A program made the position numbers and the translations under genes. Below, piece by piece: positions 48,683 through 59,061 of a DNA stretch of 64,000 nucleotides; position 1 is the first letter of the stretch; every line of letters starts with the position of its first letter. The DNA comes from Rhodanobacteraceae bacterium (GTDB lineage: Bacteria > Pseudomonadota > Gammaproteobacteria > Xanthomonadales > Rhodanobacteraceae). Location of the stretch: the NCBI GenBank assembly GCA_027019085.1, contig JALUXG010000011.1, positions 1,944-65,943 on the forward strand, written 5' to 3'. A model generated the notes under the pieces. That model worked only from the letters and a program-made list of their open reading frames with translations. It was not told where the DNA came from and did not search any database.

Positions 48683-48759
48683 TGGCGCGCCCGGCAGGAC
48701 TCGAACCTGCAACCACCGGCTTAGAAGGCCGGTGCTCTATCCGGTTGAGCTACAGGCGC
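48683..48759 (-). tRNA. tRNA-Arg(TCT)
   Basis: GCGCCTG acceptor, anticodon arm CCGGC-CTTCTAA-GCCGG, CCA. Confidence 0.92.
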
Positions 48760-48831
48760 GTCGATCCCCTTCCGGGGTTCGGGCACCCATGCTACCGGAT
48801 GACCAGGCTCGGTGTCCGCCACCGACCGCAA

Positions 48832-48908
<77 letters not shown>

Positions 48909-49131
48909 AAACGTCGCCGGGCAACCATCCGGAGTGCGGAGCCCCGGAATGTTACGGATGCGCACCGGTCGCGTCAATCATTGTGTGCAACATACGCTGC
49001 AACGCCTGGCCCGATGGTGCGCACCGCCCATCGTGCATCAGCCACGGGCATCGTGTCCGGGCGTATTTCGCAGCTTCGGAACTCGCGCGAACTTTGTCCA
49101 TAATGGGGCGCACTCGCCCCGGAGGACTCCC

Positions 49132-49854
49132 ATGACCGTCACCGTCCTGCTTGCACTGATTGTGTCGGGCCTCGCGTTCGCGCGTATGCGGCGCAAACGC
49201 ATGGCAGGCGCACTTCTGGTGACGGCGCTGCTGCTGGTGTTTATGACCGGAAGCGGGCTGATTCCGCGCTTGCTGCTCGCCCCGCTGCAGAACGGGTGGC
49301 AAGTCCAATTCAGCGACTGGGGTCAGCGCAACGTGATCGTGCTGCTGGGCAGCGGAGCCTCCGTGACCGACAAGGGCCATATCGAGCCGGGCAGCTTCGC
49401 CTACGGCCGCATCGTCCGCACGGTAGAACTGTATCGCGCCTGCAAGGCCGGCGGCGCCGTCTGCCGCATCGAGATCAGTGGCGGCGACGCAGCGCACCTG
49501 GGAACCCCGCTGGCCCGGGTCTACGCGCATGAATTGCAGCGACTTGGCATTCCATCCGGGGACATGCTGCTGGAAACGCGCAGCATGAACACCCGCCAGA
49601 ACGCGCAATTCAGCGTCCCCCTGCTGCATGCCTTCGATCCGGACCGGATCGTCCTGGTCACCTCGGCGATGCACATGCCTCGTGCCCGGCGCAGTTTCGA
49701 GCACTACGGCCTGAAGGTACATCCGGTACGCGCCGGTTACCTGCGCGTCCCGCGCGTTTACCTGCCCAAGGCGTGGAACCTGGCACTGACCGACCTGGCC
49801 CTGCACGAATATCTTGGCATGGCCTACTACCGCCTGCGGTGGGCGTTGCAGTAG
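49132..49854 (+). CDS. YdcF/ElyC (DUF218) family protein
   Basis: Trimmed to the ATG at 49132 with GGAGGA upstream. N-terminal TM helices and the VLLGSG...TRQNA...LVTSAMHMPR pattern. Confidence 0.78.
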   Translation: MTVTVLLALIVSGLAFARMRRKRMAGALLVTALLLVFMTGSGLIPRLLLAPLQNGWQVQFSDWGQRNVIVLLGSGASVTDKGHIEPGSFAYGRIVRTVELYRACKAGGAVCRIEISGGDAAHLGTPLARVYAHELQRLGIPSGDMLLETRSMNTRQNAQFSVPLLHAFDPDRIVLVTSAMHMPRARRSFEHYGLKVHPVRAGYLRVPRVYLPKAWNLALTDLALHEYLGMAYYRLRWALQ

Positions 49855-49872
49855 CCCTTGCGCGGCCTCGCT

Positions 49873-50253
49873 TCAGGCGGCCTGCTTGGGAATGGATGTA
49901 TTGGTGTGGGTGATGCGGTTGTCGGCATCGACATAGACCAGGCGCGGTGCATACTCGGCCAGCGCTGCTTCGTCCAGGACCACGAAGGCGGCAATGATGA
50001 CCAGATCGCCGGTCTGGGCGCTGCGCGCCGCGCTGCCATTCACGGAGATGATGCCCGAGCCCTCTTCGGCACGCAGTGCATAGGTGACGAACCGCTGGCC
50101 GCTGTTGACGTTCCAGGCGTGGATCTGTTCGTACTCGCGAATACCGGAAGCGTCCAGCAGACTGCCATCGATGGCAATCGAGCCTTCATAGTGCAGCTCC
50201 GCGTGCGTCACGGTGGCACGGTGGATCTTGGCCTTGAGCATGTTCAGTTGCAT
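49873..50253 (-). CDS. panD: aspartate 1-decarboxylase
   Basis: Trimmed to the ATG at 50253 ([16 protein letters not shown]). Self-processing site YEGSIAID. Confidence 0.92.
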   Translation of the reverse strand: MQLNMLKAKIHRATVTHAELHYEGSIAIDGSLLDASGIREYEQIHAWNVNSGQRFVTYALRAEEGSGIISVNGSAARSAQTGDLVIIAAFVVLDEAALAEYAPRLVYVDADNRITHTNTSIPKQAA

Positions 50254-50327
50254 CACGTCGTCCGCAGGTTGGGCAATATCAGCCCCGATTATAGCGTCGC
50301 GGGGCATTCGGTTCAGGGCGCGGTTTC

Positions 50328-51173
50328 CTAGTCCAGAACGAGGTTGTCGATGAGGCGGGTCGCGCCAAGACGGGCAGCGATCAGCGCGACCCGGGGCTCA
50401 TCGTCATCTTCGGCGGGCTCGGCAAGGTCGATGCTGCGACGGATGGCGGCATAATCGGGATCCAGTCCGGCGGCCCGCAAGCGCTCCATGGCCTCGTGCT
50501 CGATCTCTTCGCGCGCCCTGCCTTCGTGCTGAGCATCGCGCATCCACAACAGGGTCCGGTGAATGGCCGTGGCCTGCTGCCGCTCGTCCGGTGACAGGTA
50601 CTGGTTGCGCGAACTCATCGCCAGGCCGTCAGCCTCGCGCACGATCGGGGCCGCCAGCACCGCCACCGGGATACCCAGGTCACGGACAAAGCGTTCGATC
50701 ACCCGCCATTGCTGGAAATCCTTCTGGCCGAACACCGCCACATCCGGCTGCACCATGTTGAACAACTTGCATACCACCGTGGCCATGCCGTCGAAATGGC
50801 CGGGGCGATGCGCGCCCTCCAGGGTGTCGGTCAGGCGCGGCACCTGCACGCGTACCGCATCGTCCGTGCCGAAGGGGTACATGACCTCGACACCGGGTGC
50901 GAACAGCAGATCGCACGCATGGTCGGCCAGGCCGGACTGATCGCGAACGAGAGTGCGCGGGTAGCGTTCGTAATCCTCTCCCGGACCGAACTGCGTGGGA
51001 TTGACGAACACGCTGGCCACCACCCGGTCGCACCGGGCCCGCGCCAGCTTCAGCAGCGCAAAGTGCCCCTCATGCAGGTTGCCCATGGTGGGCACCAGCC
51101 CCACGGTCTGTCCTGCGGCCCGCCAGCCGCGCACGGCTGCGCGCAGCGCCTGGGTTTCCGTCACTGTCTGCAT
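50328..51173 (-). CDS. panC: pantoate--beta-alanine ligase
   Basis: 281 aa. [17 protein letters not shown] and FGQKDFQQ motifs. Confidence 0.92.
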   Translation of the reverse strand: MQTVTETQALRAAVRGWRAAGQTVGLVPTMGNLHEGHFALLKLARARCDRVVASVFVNPTQFGPGEDYERYPRTLVRDQSGLADHACDLLFAPGVEVMYPFGTDDAVRVQVPRLTDTLEGAHRPGHFDGMATVVCKLFNMVQPDVAVFGQKDFQQWRVIERFVRDLGIPVAVLAAPIVREADGLAMSSRNQYLSPDERQQATAIHRTLLWMRDAQHEGRAREEIEHEAMERLRAAGLDPDYAAIRRSIDLAEPAEDDDEPRVALIAARLGATRLIDNLVLD

Positions 51174-51194
51174 GATGGCAAGACGTCCCTGTCC

Positions 51195-52016
51195 TCAATA
51201 TTGATGCTTCGGGCCGGGAAAGCGCCCGGCTCGCACGTCATCGGCGTAGGCGGCCATGGCCGCGACCACGGAACCGTGCTCACGCAGGAAATCCTTGCTG
51301 AACTTCGGCCGCTTGCCCGGGGTGATGCCGAGCATGTCATAGACCACCAGCACCTGTCCGTCGGTATCCGCCCCGGCGCCAATGCCGATGACGGGAATCG
51401 CCAGTTCGCCCGTGATGCGCCGCGCCAGTTCGGCCGGCACCGCCTCGAGCACCAGCATCTGCGCCCCGGCCGCGGCCACCGCACGGGCGTCGTCGAAAAT
51501 GCGTTCGGCCACATCCGCTTCGCGGCCCTGCACCCGGTAACCGCCCAGACGGTGCACCGCCTGCGGGGTCAGGCCCAGATGCGCGCATACCGGCACGTTG
51601 CGCTCCGTCAGTGCCTCGATCACCACACAGATGTGACCTGCGCCTTCAAGCTTGACCATCGCCGCGCCGCCTTCGGCCATCAATCGGTGCGCAGCCTCCA
51701 GGGCGTGTGCGGGGTCGCGGTCGGTCATGAAGGGAAGATCGGCCACCAGCAGGCTAGACGACAGGCCGCGGGCCACGGCCGCCGTGTGGTACACGGCCTG
51801 GTCCAGGGTCACCGGCAGGGTGCTTGCATGACCCTGCACCACCATGCCCAGCGAATCGCCGACCAGCGCCACGTCCACCCCGGCCAGATCCAGGCAGGAA
51901 GCAAAACTGGCGTCATAGGCCGTCAGCATGACGATCTTGCGCCCTTCAGCCTTCATGGCACGCAGGCCCGGCACGGTGACCGGCTTGCGCTCTGGATCGC
52001 GGGTTTGGCTGTTCAT
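51195..52016 (-). CDS. panB: 3-methyl-2-oxobutanoate hydroxymethyltransferase
   Basis: Trimmed to the ATG at 52016. MLTAYD, VGDSLGMV and VKLEG motifs. Confidence 0.92.
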   Translation of the reverse strand: MNSQTRDPERKPVTVPGLRAMKAEGRKIVMLTAYDASFASCLDLAGVDVALVGDSLGMVVQGHASTLPVTLDQAVYHTAAVARGLSSSLLVADLPFMTDRDPAHALEAAHRLMAEGGAAMVKLEGAGHICVVIEALTERNVPVCAHLGLTPQAVHRLGGYRVQGREADVAERIFDDARAVAAAGAQMLVLEAVPAELARRITGELAIPVIGIGAGADTDGQVLVVYDMLGITPGKRPKFSKDFLREHGSVVAAMAAYADDVRAGRFPGPKHQY

Positions 52017-52107
52017 CTGCGCGTTTAGTCCCTCGGGTCGCTGGCGGACCGCTGTGTAGACGGTAAGACGGATTCGCTGCCATGCTGCCGGCGAACCCGG
52101 GTGACAG

Positions 52108-52596
52108 TTATGCGGTCGGCGACAGGCGCTTGCAAGTGCTGGCGTCGATCTTTTGCAGCAAGGCTTCGACAGCCCCGTACCGCGGGATGTCCAGGCCAGG
52201 GGCAATTTCCGCCAGCGGCATCAGCACGAAGGCGCGCTCGGCCAGCCGCGGATGCGGCAGCGTCAGACCCGGCCAGTCCAGGACGCAGTCACCGTACACC
52301 AGAAGGTCCAGGTCCAGTGCGCGCGGCCCCCAGCGCGGCCCGGTGCGCACGCGCCCGGCACGTGTCTCTATCGTCAGCAGGGCATGCATCAACTCATGCG
52401 GCTGCAGCGCGGTTTCGATGGCCGCGACGGCATTGATGAAATCAGGCTGCTCGCGCAATCCCCAGGGCGGGCTGCGATACAGGGACGATCGCGCCTCGAT
52501 CCGGGTGCCAGGCAGCACGGCAAGGGCCTCGAAGGCCTCCCTCACCTTGCGTTCCGGCTGGTCCTGGTTGCTGCCCAGCGCCACATAGGCACGCAT
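52108..52596 (-). CDS. folK: 2-amino-4-hydroxy-6-hydroxymethyldihydropteridine diphosphokinase
   Basis: 162 aa. YVALGSN, WGPRALDLDLL and ERAFVL motifs. Confidence 0.9.
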   Translation of the reverse strand: MRAYVALGSNQDQPERKVREAFEALAVLPGTRIEARSSLYRSPPWGLREQPDFINAVAAIETALQPHELMHALLTIETRAGRVRTGPRWGPRALDLDLLVYGDCVLDWPGLTLPHPRLAERAFVLMPLAEIAPGLDIPRYGAVEALLQKIDASTCKRLSPTA

Positions 52597-52599
52597 GGC

Positions 52600-53979
52600 T
52601 CACTCAGCCTTCTTGCGGCGTGAGCGACCCCGTCCTCCGCGACGACGACGGCGCGTTGCGGGCGCATCGCCCTGTGGCCGCGCCACGGTCTCGAGGGACT
52701 GTGACAGGTCGGACTCGGAGTGTTCCTGTGCCGATGTCCACCAGGCCGCAAGTTCACGCACATCCTCGCCTTCACCCTGGCGCAACAGCAGGAAGTCGTA
52801 GGCCGCGCGAAAACGCGGGTGGGTCAGCAGGCGAAACACGCGTTTTCGGGTGCGATGCGCGAATCGCGATTGCAGTATCCAGATTTCTTCCATCATCTGG
52901 CTGAAACGGCGAGGAATGGCCACATGACGCGCCTGCTCGGTCACCGTGCGATGGGATGCGCGCTGCCACGCCAGCGACGGGGGCAGCCCATCGGCGATCA
53001 GTGCCTTGGCGAGCTCGCGCACATCCCCCCAGAGCAGGACGGCAAGCAGGAACGCCGGAGTCACCGGCTTGTCCTCGGCAATGCGCGCATCGGTGTTGGC
53101 CATGCCCTGCTCGATCATGTCCAGCAGCACAGCATCCCCCGCCTCCAGCGCCCGTGCCGTGGCCGGGAACAGCGGGGCAAGCAATCCGTGCTGGCGCAGG
53201 CTGCGGAAACTCTCGAGGGCATGCCCGGCCATGAAAAGCTTGAGGCTCTCGTCGAACAGGCGGGCCGGCGCGGCATCGGCCAGCAGCGGCGCCAGTTCGG
53301 CAAACGGCGCCGAAGCCTGCGGATCGATGGCGAAACCCAGCTTGGCCGACAGGCGTGCCGCACGCAACATGCGGACGGGGTCCTCGCGATAACGCGTCTC
53401 CGGATCACCGATCAGGCGCAGCACCCGGTCGTGCAGGTCCTGCATGCCGCCGACATCATCACGCACGCTGAAATCGGCGATGTCGTAGTACAGCGCGTTG
53501 ACGCGAAAATCCCGTCGCCGCGCATCTTCCTCGATCGTGCCCCAGATGTTGTCGCGCACGATGCGGCCGTCCACGAGATGACGATCGCCGTCACCCGCCT
53601 CGCCGGTGCCACGAAAAGTCGCGACTTCGATGATCTCGCGCCCGAACATCACGTGGGCAAGCCGGAAGCGCCGTCCGATCAGCCGGCAGTTGCGGAACAG
53701 CTTGCGCACCTGTTCGGGCGTGGCATCGGTGGCGACGTCGAAATCCTTGGGCTGACGGCCCAGCAGCAGGTCACGCACCGCGCCACCCACCAGCAGGCTG
53801 CGAAAGCCGGCTTCATGCAGCCCGTAAAGCACACGCAATGCAGGCTTGCTGATGTTGCGACGGGAAATGCCGTGTTCGGCACGGGGAATGATGTGCGGAT
53901 CGTGGACGGGGGCGATCGGTATTTCCTTGTTCAAGCGAAAGGCTTCCTCGAAGCTCCATCGGGCGTTGCCCGCAGGCAT
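52600..53979 (-). CDS. pcnB: poly(A) polymerase I
   Basis: 459 aa. LVGGAVRDLLLG, DFDVAT and ATFR motifs, with a basic C-terminal tail. Confidence 0.9.
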   Translation of the reverse strand: MPAGNARWSFEEAFRLNKEIPIAPVHDPHIIPRAEHGISRRNISKPALRVLYGLHEAGFRSLLVGGAVRDLLLGRQPKDFDVATDATPEQVRKLFRNCRLIGRRFRLAHVMFGREIIEVATFRGTGEAGDGDRHLVDGRIVRDNIWGTIEEDARRRDFRVNALYYDIADFSVRDDVGGMQDLHDRVLRLIGDPETRYREDPVRMLRAARLSAKLGFAIDPQASAPFAELAPLLADAAPARLFDESLKLFMAGHALESFRSLRQHGLLAPLFPATARALEAGDAVLLDMIEQGMANTDARIAEDKPVTPAFLLAVLLWGDVRELAKALIADGLPPSLAWQRASHRTVTEQARHVAIPRRFSQMMEEIWILQSRFAHRTRKRVFRLLTHPRFRAAYDFLLLRQGEGEDVRELAAWWTSAQEHSESDLSQSLETVARPQGDAPATRRRRRGGRGRSRRKKAE

Positions 53980-54013
53980 AATTGGGCTATACTACCGCGC
54001 CTCGCGTGTCCGC

Positions 54014-54089
54014 GCTCCCTTCGTCTAGCGGTCCAGGACGCCGCCCTCTCAAGGCGGAAACACGAGTTCGATTCTCGTAGGGAGCGCCA
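54014..54089 (+). tRNA. tRNA-Glu(CTC)
   Basis: GCTCCCT acceptor, anticodon arm CCGCC-CTCTCAA-GGCGG, CCA. Alignable to E. coli tRNA-Glu. Confidence 0.9.
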
Positions 54090-54235
54090 GTCCTGGCAGC
54101 GGTCATCCCTGATCGCCGTAATGGACGGCTCGCGGCCAGTCACGGGAGCATTGCTCTCGACTGGAATCAGCAGCGGCCAAGCCTGGTCGCACTGATCGGA
54201 ATGTATCGCCTGGATCAGCTTCACGGATTACGTTG

Positions 54236-54559
54236 ATGACCTTCGTCGTCGTCGAAAACTGCATCAAGTGCAAGTACACCGACTGTGTCGAGGTGTGCCC
54301 TGTGGACGCTTTCCACGAAGGGCCCAATTTCCTGGTCATCAACCCGGACGAGTGCATCGACTGCACCCTGTGCGAGCCGGAATGCCCGATCAATGCCATC
54401 TACCCCGAGGACGACGTCCCCGCGGGCCAGGAAAAGTTCACCGCACTGAACGCCGAGCTGAGCCAGGTGTGGCCGGTCATCACCGAACGCAAGGAAGCGC
54501 CGGACGACGCCGCGCAGTGGGAAAACAAGCCCGACAAGTTGCGCCTGCTCGAACGCTGA
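54236..54559 (+). CDS. fdxA: 7Fe ferredoxin (Azotobacter FdxA type)
   Basis: [26 protein letters not shown]...[12 protein letters not shown]. The track start TTG 54233 is replaced by ATG 54236. Confidence 0.92.
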   Translation: MTFVVVENCIKCKYTDCVEVCPVDAFHEGPNFLVINPDECIDCTLCEPECPINAIYPEDDVPAGQEKFTALNAELSQVWPVITERKEAPDDAAQWENKPDKLRLLER

Positions 54560-54583
54560 GCGCCCGCTCGAACGCTGACTGAC

Positions 54584-54799
54584 TCAACCCGCCGGGGCGG
54601 AAGCTGCCGATGCCGGCGCCTGCTGGGCATTGACCGACGGGATGGTCAGCGCATTGCTGACGTTGGGGCGGTCCATGCCGGGCGGGATCTCGAGCGGGTT
54701 CTCCTGCTTGGCATCCTTCCAGGGTTTGCTCGAATGAAACAGGCTGCAACCGGAAAGCACGCCGGCGCTCAGCAACAGGACAGCAAGGGTCTTCTTCAT
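54584..54799 (-). CDS. small lipoprotein at the BamC/NlpB position downstream of dapA
   Basis: Trimmed to the ATG at 54799. MKKTLAVLLLSAGVLSGC lipobox. 71 aa, much shorter than enterobacterial BamC. Confidence 0.6.
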   Translation of the reverse strand: MKKTLAVLLLSAGVLSGCSLFHSSKPWKDAKQENPLEIPPGMDRPNVSNALTIPSVNAQQAPASAASAPAG

Positions 54800-54824
54800 G
54801 TAGGGGTATCCGTGCAAATGCATT

Positions 54825-55715
54825 TCACGCGCCCCTGACGGGCGCCAGACGGGTGAGTGTATCGCGTATGGCCTGCCGCGCCGAATCCTCCTGCAAGGCC
54901 TCCAGCGGAAGACGCAGGCTGCCGTCGCCGATACCGAGCATGGCCAGCGCGGCCTTGACCGGAATCGGGTTCGGTGCGCATGCCAGCGCCCGACGCAACG
55001 GTTCGAGCGCCGCGTCACGCACCCGGGTCTCGTCCCGGTCGCCGTGCACCGCCACCTCGCACATGGCGCGAAATGCGCCGGGCACCGCGTTGGCCATGAC
55101 CGAGATGGTGCCTGACGCACCGGCCAGCATGGCATCGGCCGCACTTTCATCGTCACCGGACAGATAGACGAAATCCTCTCGCGCAAGTTCCGCAACAGCC
55201 TTGATGCGCTCGGAGCCGGCCACGGCCTCCTTGATGCCGACGATCCGCGGGTGATCGCGCAGGGCCTCCACCGAGGCCGGCAACAAGTCGCAGGCGGTAC
55301 GCGAGGGCACGTTGTAGACGATCACCGGCAAACCACCCTGCTCGGCCACTTCGAGAAAATGACGGATCATGCCATGCTGGGTCGGTCGCACGTAGTACGG
55401 CGCCACCACCAGTGCGGCATCGGCGCCCAGCGAAGCCGCATGGCGGGTCAGGCGCACCGTTTTCGCCGTGCCCGCCTCGCCGGTACCGGCAATGACCGGC
55501 ACCCGTCCGGCCACGCGCTCGACCGCGAACCCCAGCAGGCGACTGTACTCGTCGTGTTCCAGGAAGTGGGCCTCACCGGTCGATCCGGCGACCACCAGGG
55601 CCTGGGTGCCACCCTCGAGTTGCCAGTCGATCAAGCGACCGAAGGCGTCGAGATCCAGCGCGCCGGCCTTCTCGAACGGCGTCGCGAGGGCACAGATGCT
55701 GCCTTGAAGTTTCAA
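54825..55715 (-). CDS. dapA: 4-hydroxy-tetrahydrodipicolinate synthase
   Basis: 296 aa with a TTG start. GSICALATPF, GTTGE, YYNRP-like VAPYYVRP and VGIKEA motifs. Confidence 0.92.
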   Translation of the reverse strand: MKLQGSICALATPFEKAGALDLDAFGRLIDWQLEGGTQALVVAGSTGEAHFLEHDEYSRLLGFAVERVAGRVPVIAGTGEAGTAKTVRLTRHAASLGADAALVVAPYYVRPTQHGMIRHFLEVAEQGGLPVIVYNVPSRTACDLLPASVEALRDHPRIVGIKEAVAGSERIKAVAELAREDFVYLSGDDESAADAMLAGASGTISVMANAVPGAFRAMCEVAVHGDRDETRVRDAALEPLRRALACAPNPIPVKAALAMLGIGDGSLRLPLEALQEDSARQAIRDTLTRLAPVRGA

Positions 55716-55882
55716 TACGGGAACCTGAATGACGGAACGCCGGCGATGGTACTCGGGATCTTCCGCACAAGTCCACGCAGGCCCGGCCAGACCATCCCTT
55801 GCGGCGCTCGCTGGCAGGCAAGTAAGCTCGACGCGTACGCGATCGCCCGTGATCGCGTCCAGGCATCCAGGTAGCCAAGGTC

Positions 55883-56446
55883 TTGATCCGAAGCATCACG
55901 CAGCGCCCCGGTGGCGATAACCAGCTACTCGTGCAAACCCTTTCCCCGGCCACGCACTCGCCACTGATGCCGCTTGTCCGGCGCATTGCCGATGCCGGAT
56001 GCAACCTGGCCGACACCCGCGTATCGACCCTCGGCAACGACAGCAGCGTAACCCTGCTTGCCCAGGGCAGCTGGGACGCCATCGCCAAGCTGGAAACCGC
56101 GCTGGACAAGTTCGCCCGCGAACATCCCGACCTGCACCTGGTGCACTACCGCACCCAGGTCCGCAGCGCGCCCACGCACATGCTGCCGTACCTGATCGAG
56201 ATCGTCGCCGCGGACCGCAGCGGCGTGCTGGCCGAAGTCATCGATTTCTTCGTCCGCAACAACATCAGCATCGAACAGCTCAGCTCGATGCGCTACAAGG
56301 CCATGCAAACCGGTGCGGGCATGTTTCAGGCGCAGATTACCGTCGGCATTCCGGCCGACAGCCACATCGCCAGCCTGCGCGACGACTTCCTGGAACTGTG
56401 CGACCGCCTCAATCTCGACGCCATCATGGATCCGGTGAAATTCTAG
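55883..56446 (+). CDS. gcvR: glycine cleavage system transcriptional repressor-like ACT-domain protein
   Basis: 187 aa with a TTG start. Two ACT-like repeats. The dapA<>gcvR-bcp order matches E. coli. Confidence 0.75.
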   Translation: MIRSITQRPGGDNQLLVQTLSPATHSPLMPLVRRIADAGCNLADTRVSTLGNDSSVTLLAQGSWDAIAKLETALDKFAREHPDLHLVHYRTQVRSAPTHMLPYLIEIVAADRSGVLAEVIDFFVRNNISIEQLSSMRYKAMQTGAGMFQAQITVGIPADSHIASLRDDFLELCDRLNLDAIMDPVKF

Positions 56447-56470
56447 CCACGACATCACGAGGAGCAGGCA

Positions 56471-56932
56471 ATGATCGAAACCGGCAAGACCGTACCCGCA
56501 CTCGAGGGCGCGACTGGCGACGGCAAGACGCTATCGCTCGGCGACCTTCGAGGTTCGTGGGTCGTGGTGTATTTCTACCCCAGGGACAATACGCCCGGAT
56601 GCACCACCGAAGCGGGGGACTTCCGCGACCTGTACAAGAGCTTCCGGCGCCGCGGTGCCGAGGTGATCGGCGTCTCGCGCGATTCGGTCCGTTCGCATGC
56701 CAACTTTGCCACCAAGCACAAACTGCCTTTTCCGCTGGTTTCCGACCCGGATGAGGCCTGGTGCAAGGCCTTCGACGTCATCCACGAGAAAAAGCTCTAC
56801 GGCAAGACCCACATGGGCGTGGTGCGCAGCACCTTCCTGATCGACCCGAAGGGCAAACTGCAACATGAATGGCGCAAGGTGAAAGTGCCCGGCCACGCCC
56901 AGGCCGTACTGGACGCCATTCCCGCCAAGTGA
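56471..56932 (+). CDS. bcp: thioredoxin-dependent thiol peroxidase (Bcp)
   Basis: 153 aa. YFYPRDNTPGCTTE peroxidatic-Cys motif. Confidence 0.92.
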   Translation: MIETGKTVPALEGATGDGKTLSLGDLRGSWVVVYFYPRDNTPGCTTEAGDFRDLYKSFRRRGAEVIGVSRDSVRSHANFATKHKLPFPLVSDPDEAWCKAFDVIHEKKLYGKTHMGVVRSTFLIDPKGKLQHEWRKVKVPGHAQAVLDAIPAK

Positions 56933-56955
56933 CCGGACAAGCCCCACAGCAACAC

Positions 56956-56994
56956 GCCACCCGCGCCCCGCTAGGTGCGCGGGTGGCTTCGTTG
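56956..56994 (+). terminator. hairpin terminator after bcp
   Basis: GCCACCCGCGC-N10-GCGCGGGTGGC followed by TTCGTTG. Confidence 0.55.
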
Positions 56995-57026
56995 CGCCCA
57001 TCCACTGCCACACGCGAGGTTCGCGC

Positions 57027-58406
57027 ATGACCCGAGGCAAGCGCATCTACGCCCTGGACACCAACGTGCTGCTGCATGACCCGACCGCCCTGTTCCGCTT
57101 CGAGGAACACGACGTGTTCATCCCCATGACCGTGCTCGAAGAGCTGGATGAAAAGAAGAAGGGCGGCTCCGAAGTGGCCCGCAATGCCCGTCAGGCAAGC
57201 CGCTTTTTCAACGAGCTTATCGAACGCGGCAATGGTCGCGGCATCGCCGACGGGCTGGAGCTGACCAATCCGCAAGGGCTGAATCTGCGTCGAAGCGAAA
57301 AGGTCGGTCGCCTGTACTTCCAGCAGCAGAGCGAGAATGGGCACAGCAAGGCCGACAACCGCATTCTCGCTGCTGTCGAGGCCCTTTGCGGCCAGCATCC
57401 GGACACTGCTGTCGCGCTGGTCACCAAGGACATCAACCTGCGCATCAAGGCCACCATCGCGGGCATCCCGGCCGAGGACTACGAAAACGACCGGGCACTG
57501 GATGATTTCGCCTTGCTTTACACCGGCTCCACCGAACTGCCGGAGGATTTCTGGGATCGCCACGCCGAAGTACGCTCATGGACGGAGAAAGGCCGCACCT
57601 GGTACGAGCTGACCCCGTCCAAGGACGAGGCTTGGCATCCCAACCAGTGCCTGTACCTGCCGGGCGACAACAGCGTGGAACTGCGGGTGATCGAGATCGG
57701 GGAGGAAAAGGCCAAACTGGTGCTGATGGACGATCACGCCCACGCCAACCACAACGTGTGGGGCATCGCCGCGCGCAACCGCGAGCAGAACTTCGCCCTC
57801 AACGTGCTGATGGATCCGGAGGTCGACTTCGTCACCCTGCTCGGCAATGCCGGCACCGGCAAGACCCTGATGACCCTGGCGGCCGGACTGGCCCAGGTCA
57901 TGGACCAGCAGCGTTATCGCGAGATCATCATGACCCGCGTCACGGTCTCCGTCGGCGAGGACATCGGTTTCCTGCCCGGCACCGAGGAAGAGAAGATGAC
58001 CCCGTGGATGGGTGCCTTGACCGACAACCTGGAAGTGCTCACCGACGCCGAGGAAGGCGGCAGCTGGGGCCGCGCGGCGACCAACGACCTGCTGGCCTCG
58101 CGCATCAAGATCCGCTCACTGAACTTCATGCGCGGGCGCACCTTCCTCAACCGCTACCTGATCATCGATGAGGCGCAGAACCTGACCTCCAAGCAGATGA
58201 AGACCCTGATCACGCGCGCCGGCCCCGGCACCAAGATCGTGTGCCTGGGCAACGTCGAGCAGATCGACACGCCGTACCTGACCGAAACCACCTCCGGCCT
58301 GACCTACGCCGTGGACCGCTTCAAGGACTGGCCGCATTCGGCGCACGTCACCCTGCGCCGCGGCGAGCGCTCCAGACTGGCCGATTTCGCCGCCGAGGCG
58401 CTTTGA
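57027..58406 (+). CDS. PhoH-family ATPase with N-terminal PIN domain (YlaK-like)
   Basis: 459 aa. PIN-like segment YALDTNVLLHDP...DNRIL, then Walker A GNAGTGKT and IIDEAQN. Confidence 0.88.
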   Translation: MTRGKRIYALDTNVLLHDPTALFRFEEHDVFIPMTVLEELDEKKKGGSEVARNARQASRFFNELIERGNGRGIADGLELTNPQGLNLRRSEKVGRLYFQQQSENGHSKADNRILAAVEALCGQHPDTAVALVTKDINLRIKATIAGIPAEDYENDRALDDFALLYTGSTELPEDFWDRHAEVRSWTEKGRTWYELTPSKDEAWHPNQCLYLPGDNSVELRVIEIGEEKAKLVLMDDHAHANHNVWGIAARNREQNFALNVLMDPEVDFVTLLGNAGTGKTLMTLAAGLAQVMDQQRYREIIMTRVTVSVGEDIGFLPGTEEEKMTPWMGALTDNLEVLTDAEEGGSWGRAATNDLLASRIKIRSLNFMRGRTFLNRYLIIDEAQNLTSKQMKTLITRAGPGTKIVCLGNVEQIDTPYLTETTSGLTYAVDRFKDWPHSAHVTLRRGERSRLADFAAEAL

Positions 58407-58453
58407 ACGCGCACCATGCAAACACCGCCGCCCGGGGCAAGGTCGCGTTGCCT

Positions 58454-58965
58454 CCCACCAGGCACGGTTACTCATGCCCTTGTGGGAGCGCCGGAAGGCG
58501 CGATTGTCGGCAACGCGGCAAAACCCCGATGTTCGCGGCACAGGCCCGACACATGTACTCCGGCATCCCCAGCCACCGGCATCGGCGCAGGAACCCCGAA
58601 AGCGTGCCCGAAGCCAATATCCGCGATGTATACAGGCCATGCGGTGAATCCGAATATCGCGATCGCACCACGGGCATTCCCTTCGGTCACGGCTGCCACC
58701 GCTCCCACCAGGCGCGGCTACGCTAGAAACACCCCTGTGGGAGCGCCGGAAGGCGCGATTGTCGGCAACGCGACAAAACCCCGATGTTCGCGGCACAGGC
58801 CCGACACATGTACTCCGGCATCCCCAGCCACCGGCATCGGCGCAGGAACCCCGAAAGCGTGCCCGAAGCCAATATCCGCGATGCATACAGGCCATGCGGT
58901 GAATCCGAATATCGCGATCGCACCACGGGCATTCCCTTCGGTCACGGCTGCCACCGCACCACAGG
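58454..58965. repeat. two tandem copies of a ~250-bp unit, each containing a REP-like GTGG+palindrome
   Basis: Copies at 58454-58703 and 58704-58958. From TGTGGGAGCG (58481 / 58736) onward, about 220 nt differ at 2 positions. REP-like TGTGGGAGCGCCGGAAGGCGCGATTG at 58481-58506 and 58736-58761. Confidence 0.9.
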
Positions 58966-59061
58966 TAAAGGCCGGGCGTGGTCGAGCATTCCACGCTACC
59001 AGGCAATCCTTCGCCGCGACTGGGATAGAATGACCCGAACGCACTTCCCCGCTGCCCTTCC

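Noticed and set aside
57027-58406. PIN-PhoH protein as a toxin-antitoxin or defence module
   Set aside because: It is a single fused YlaK-type gene with no small partner ORF. It sits in a conserved housekeeping neighbourhood (dapA, gcvR, bcp), which is consistent with the widespread chromosomal PhoH-like family.
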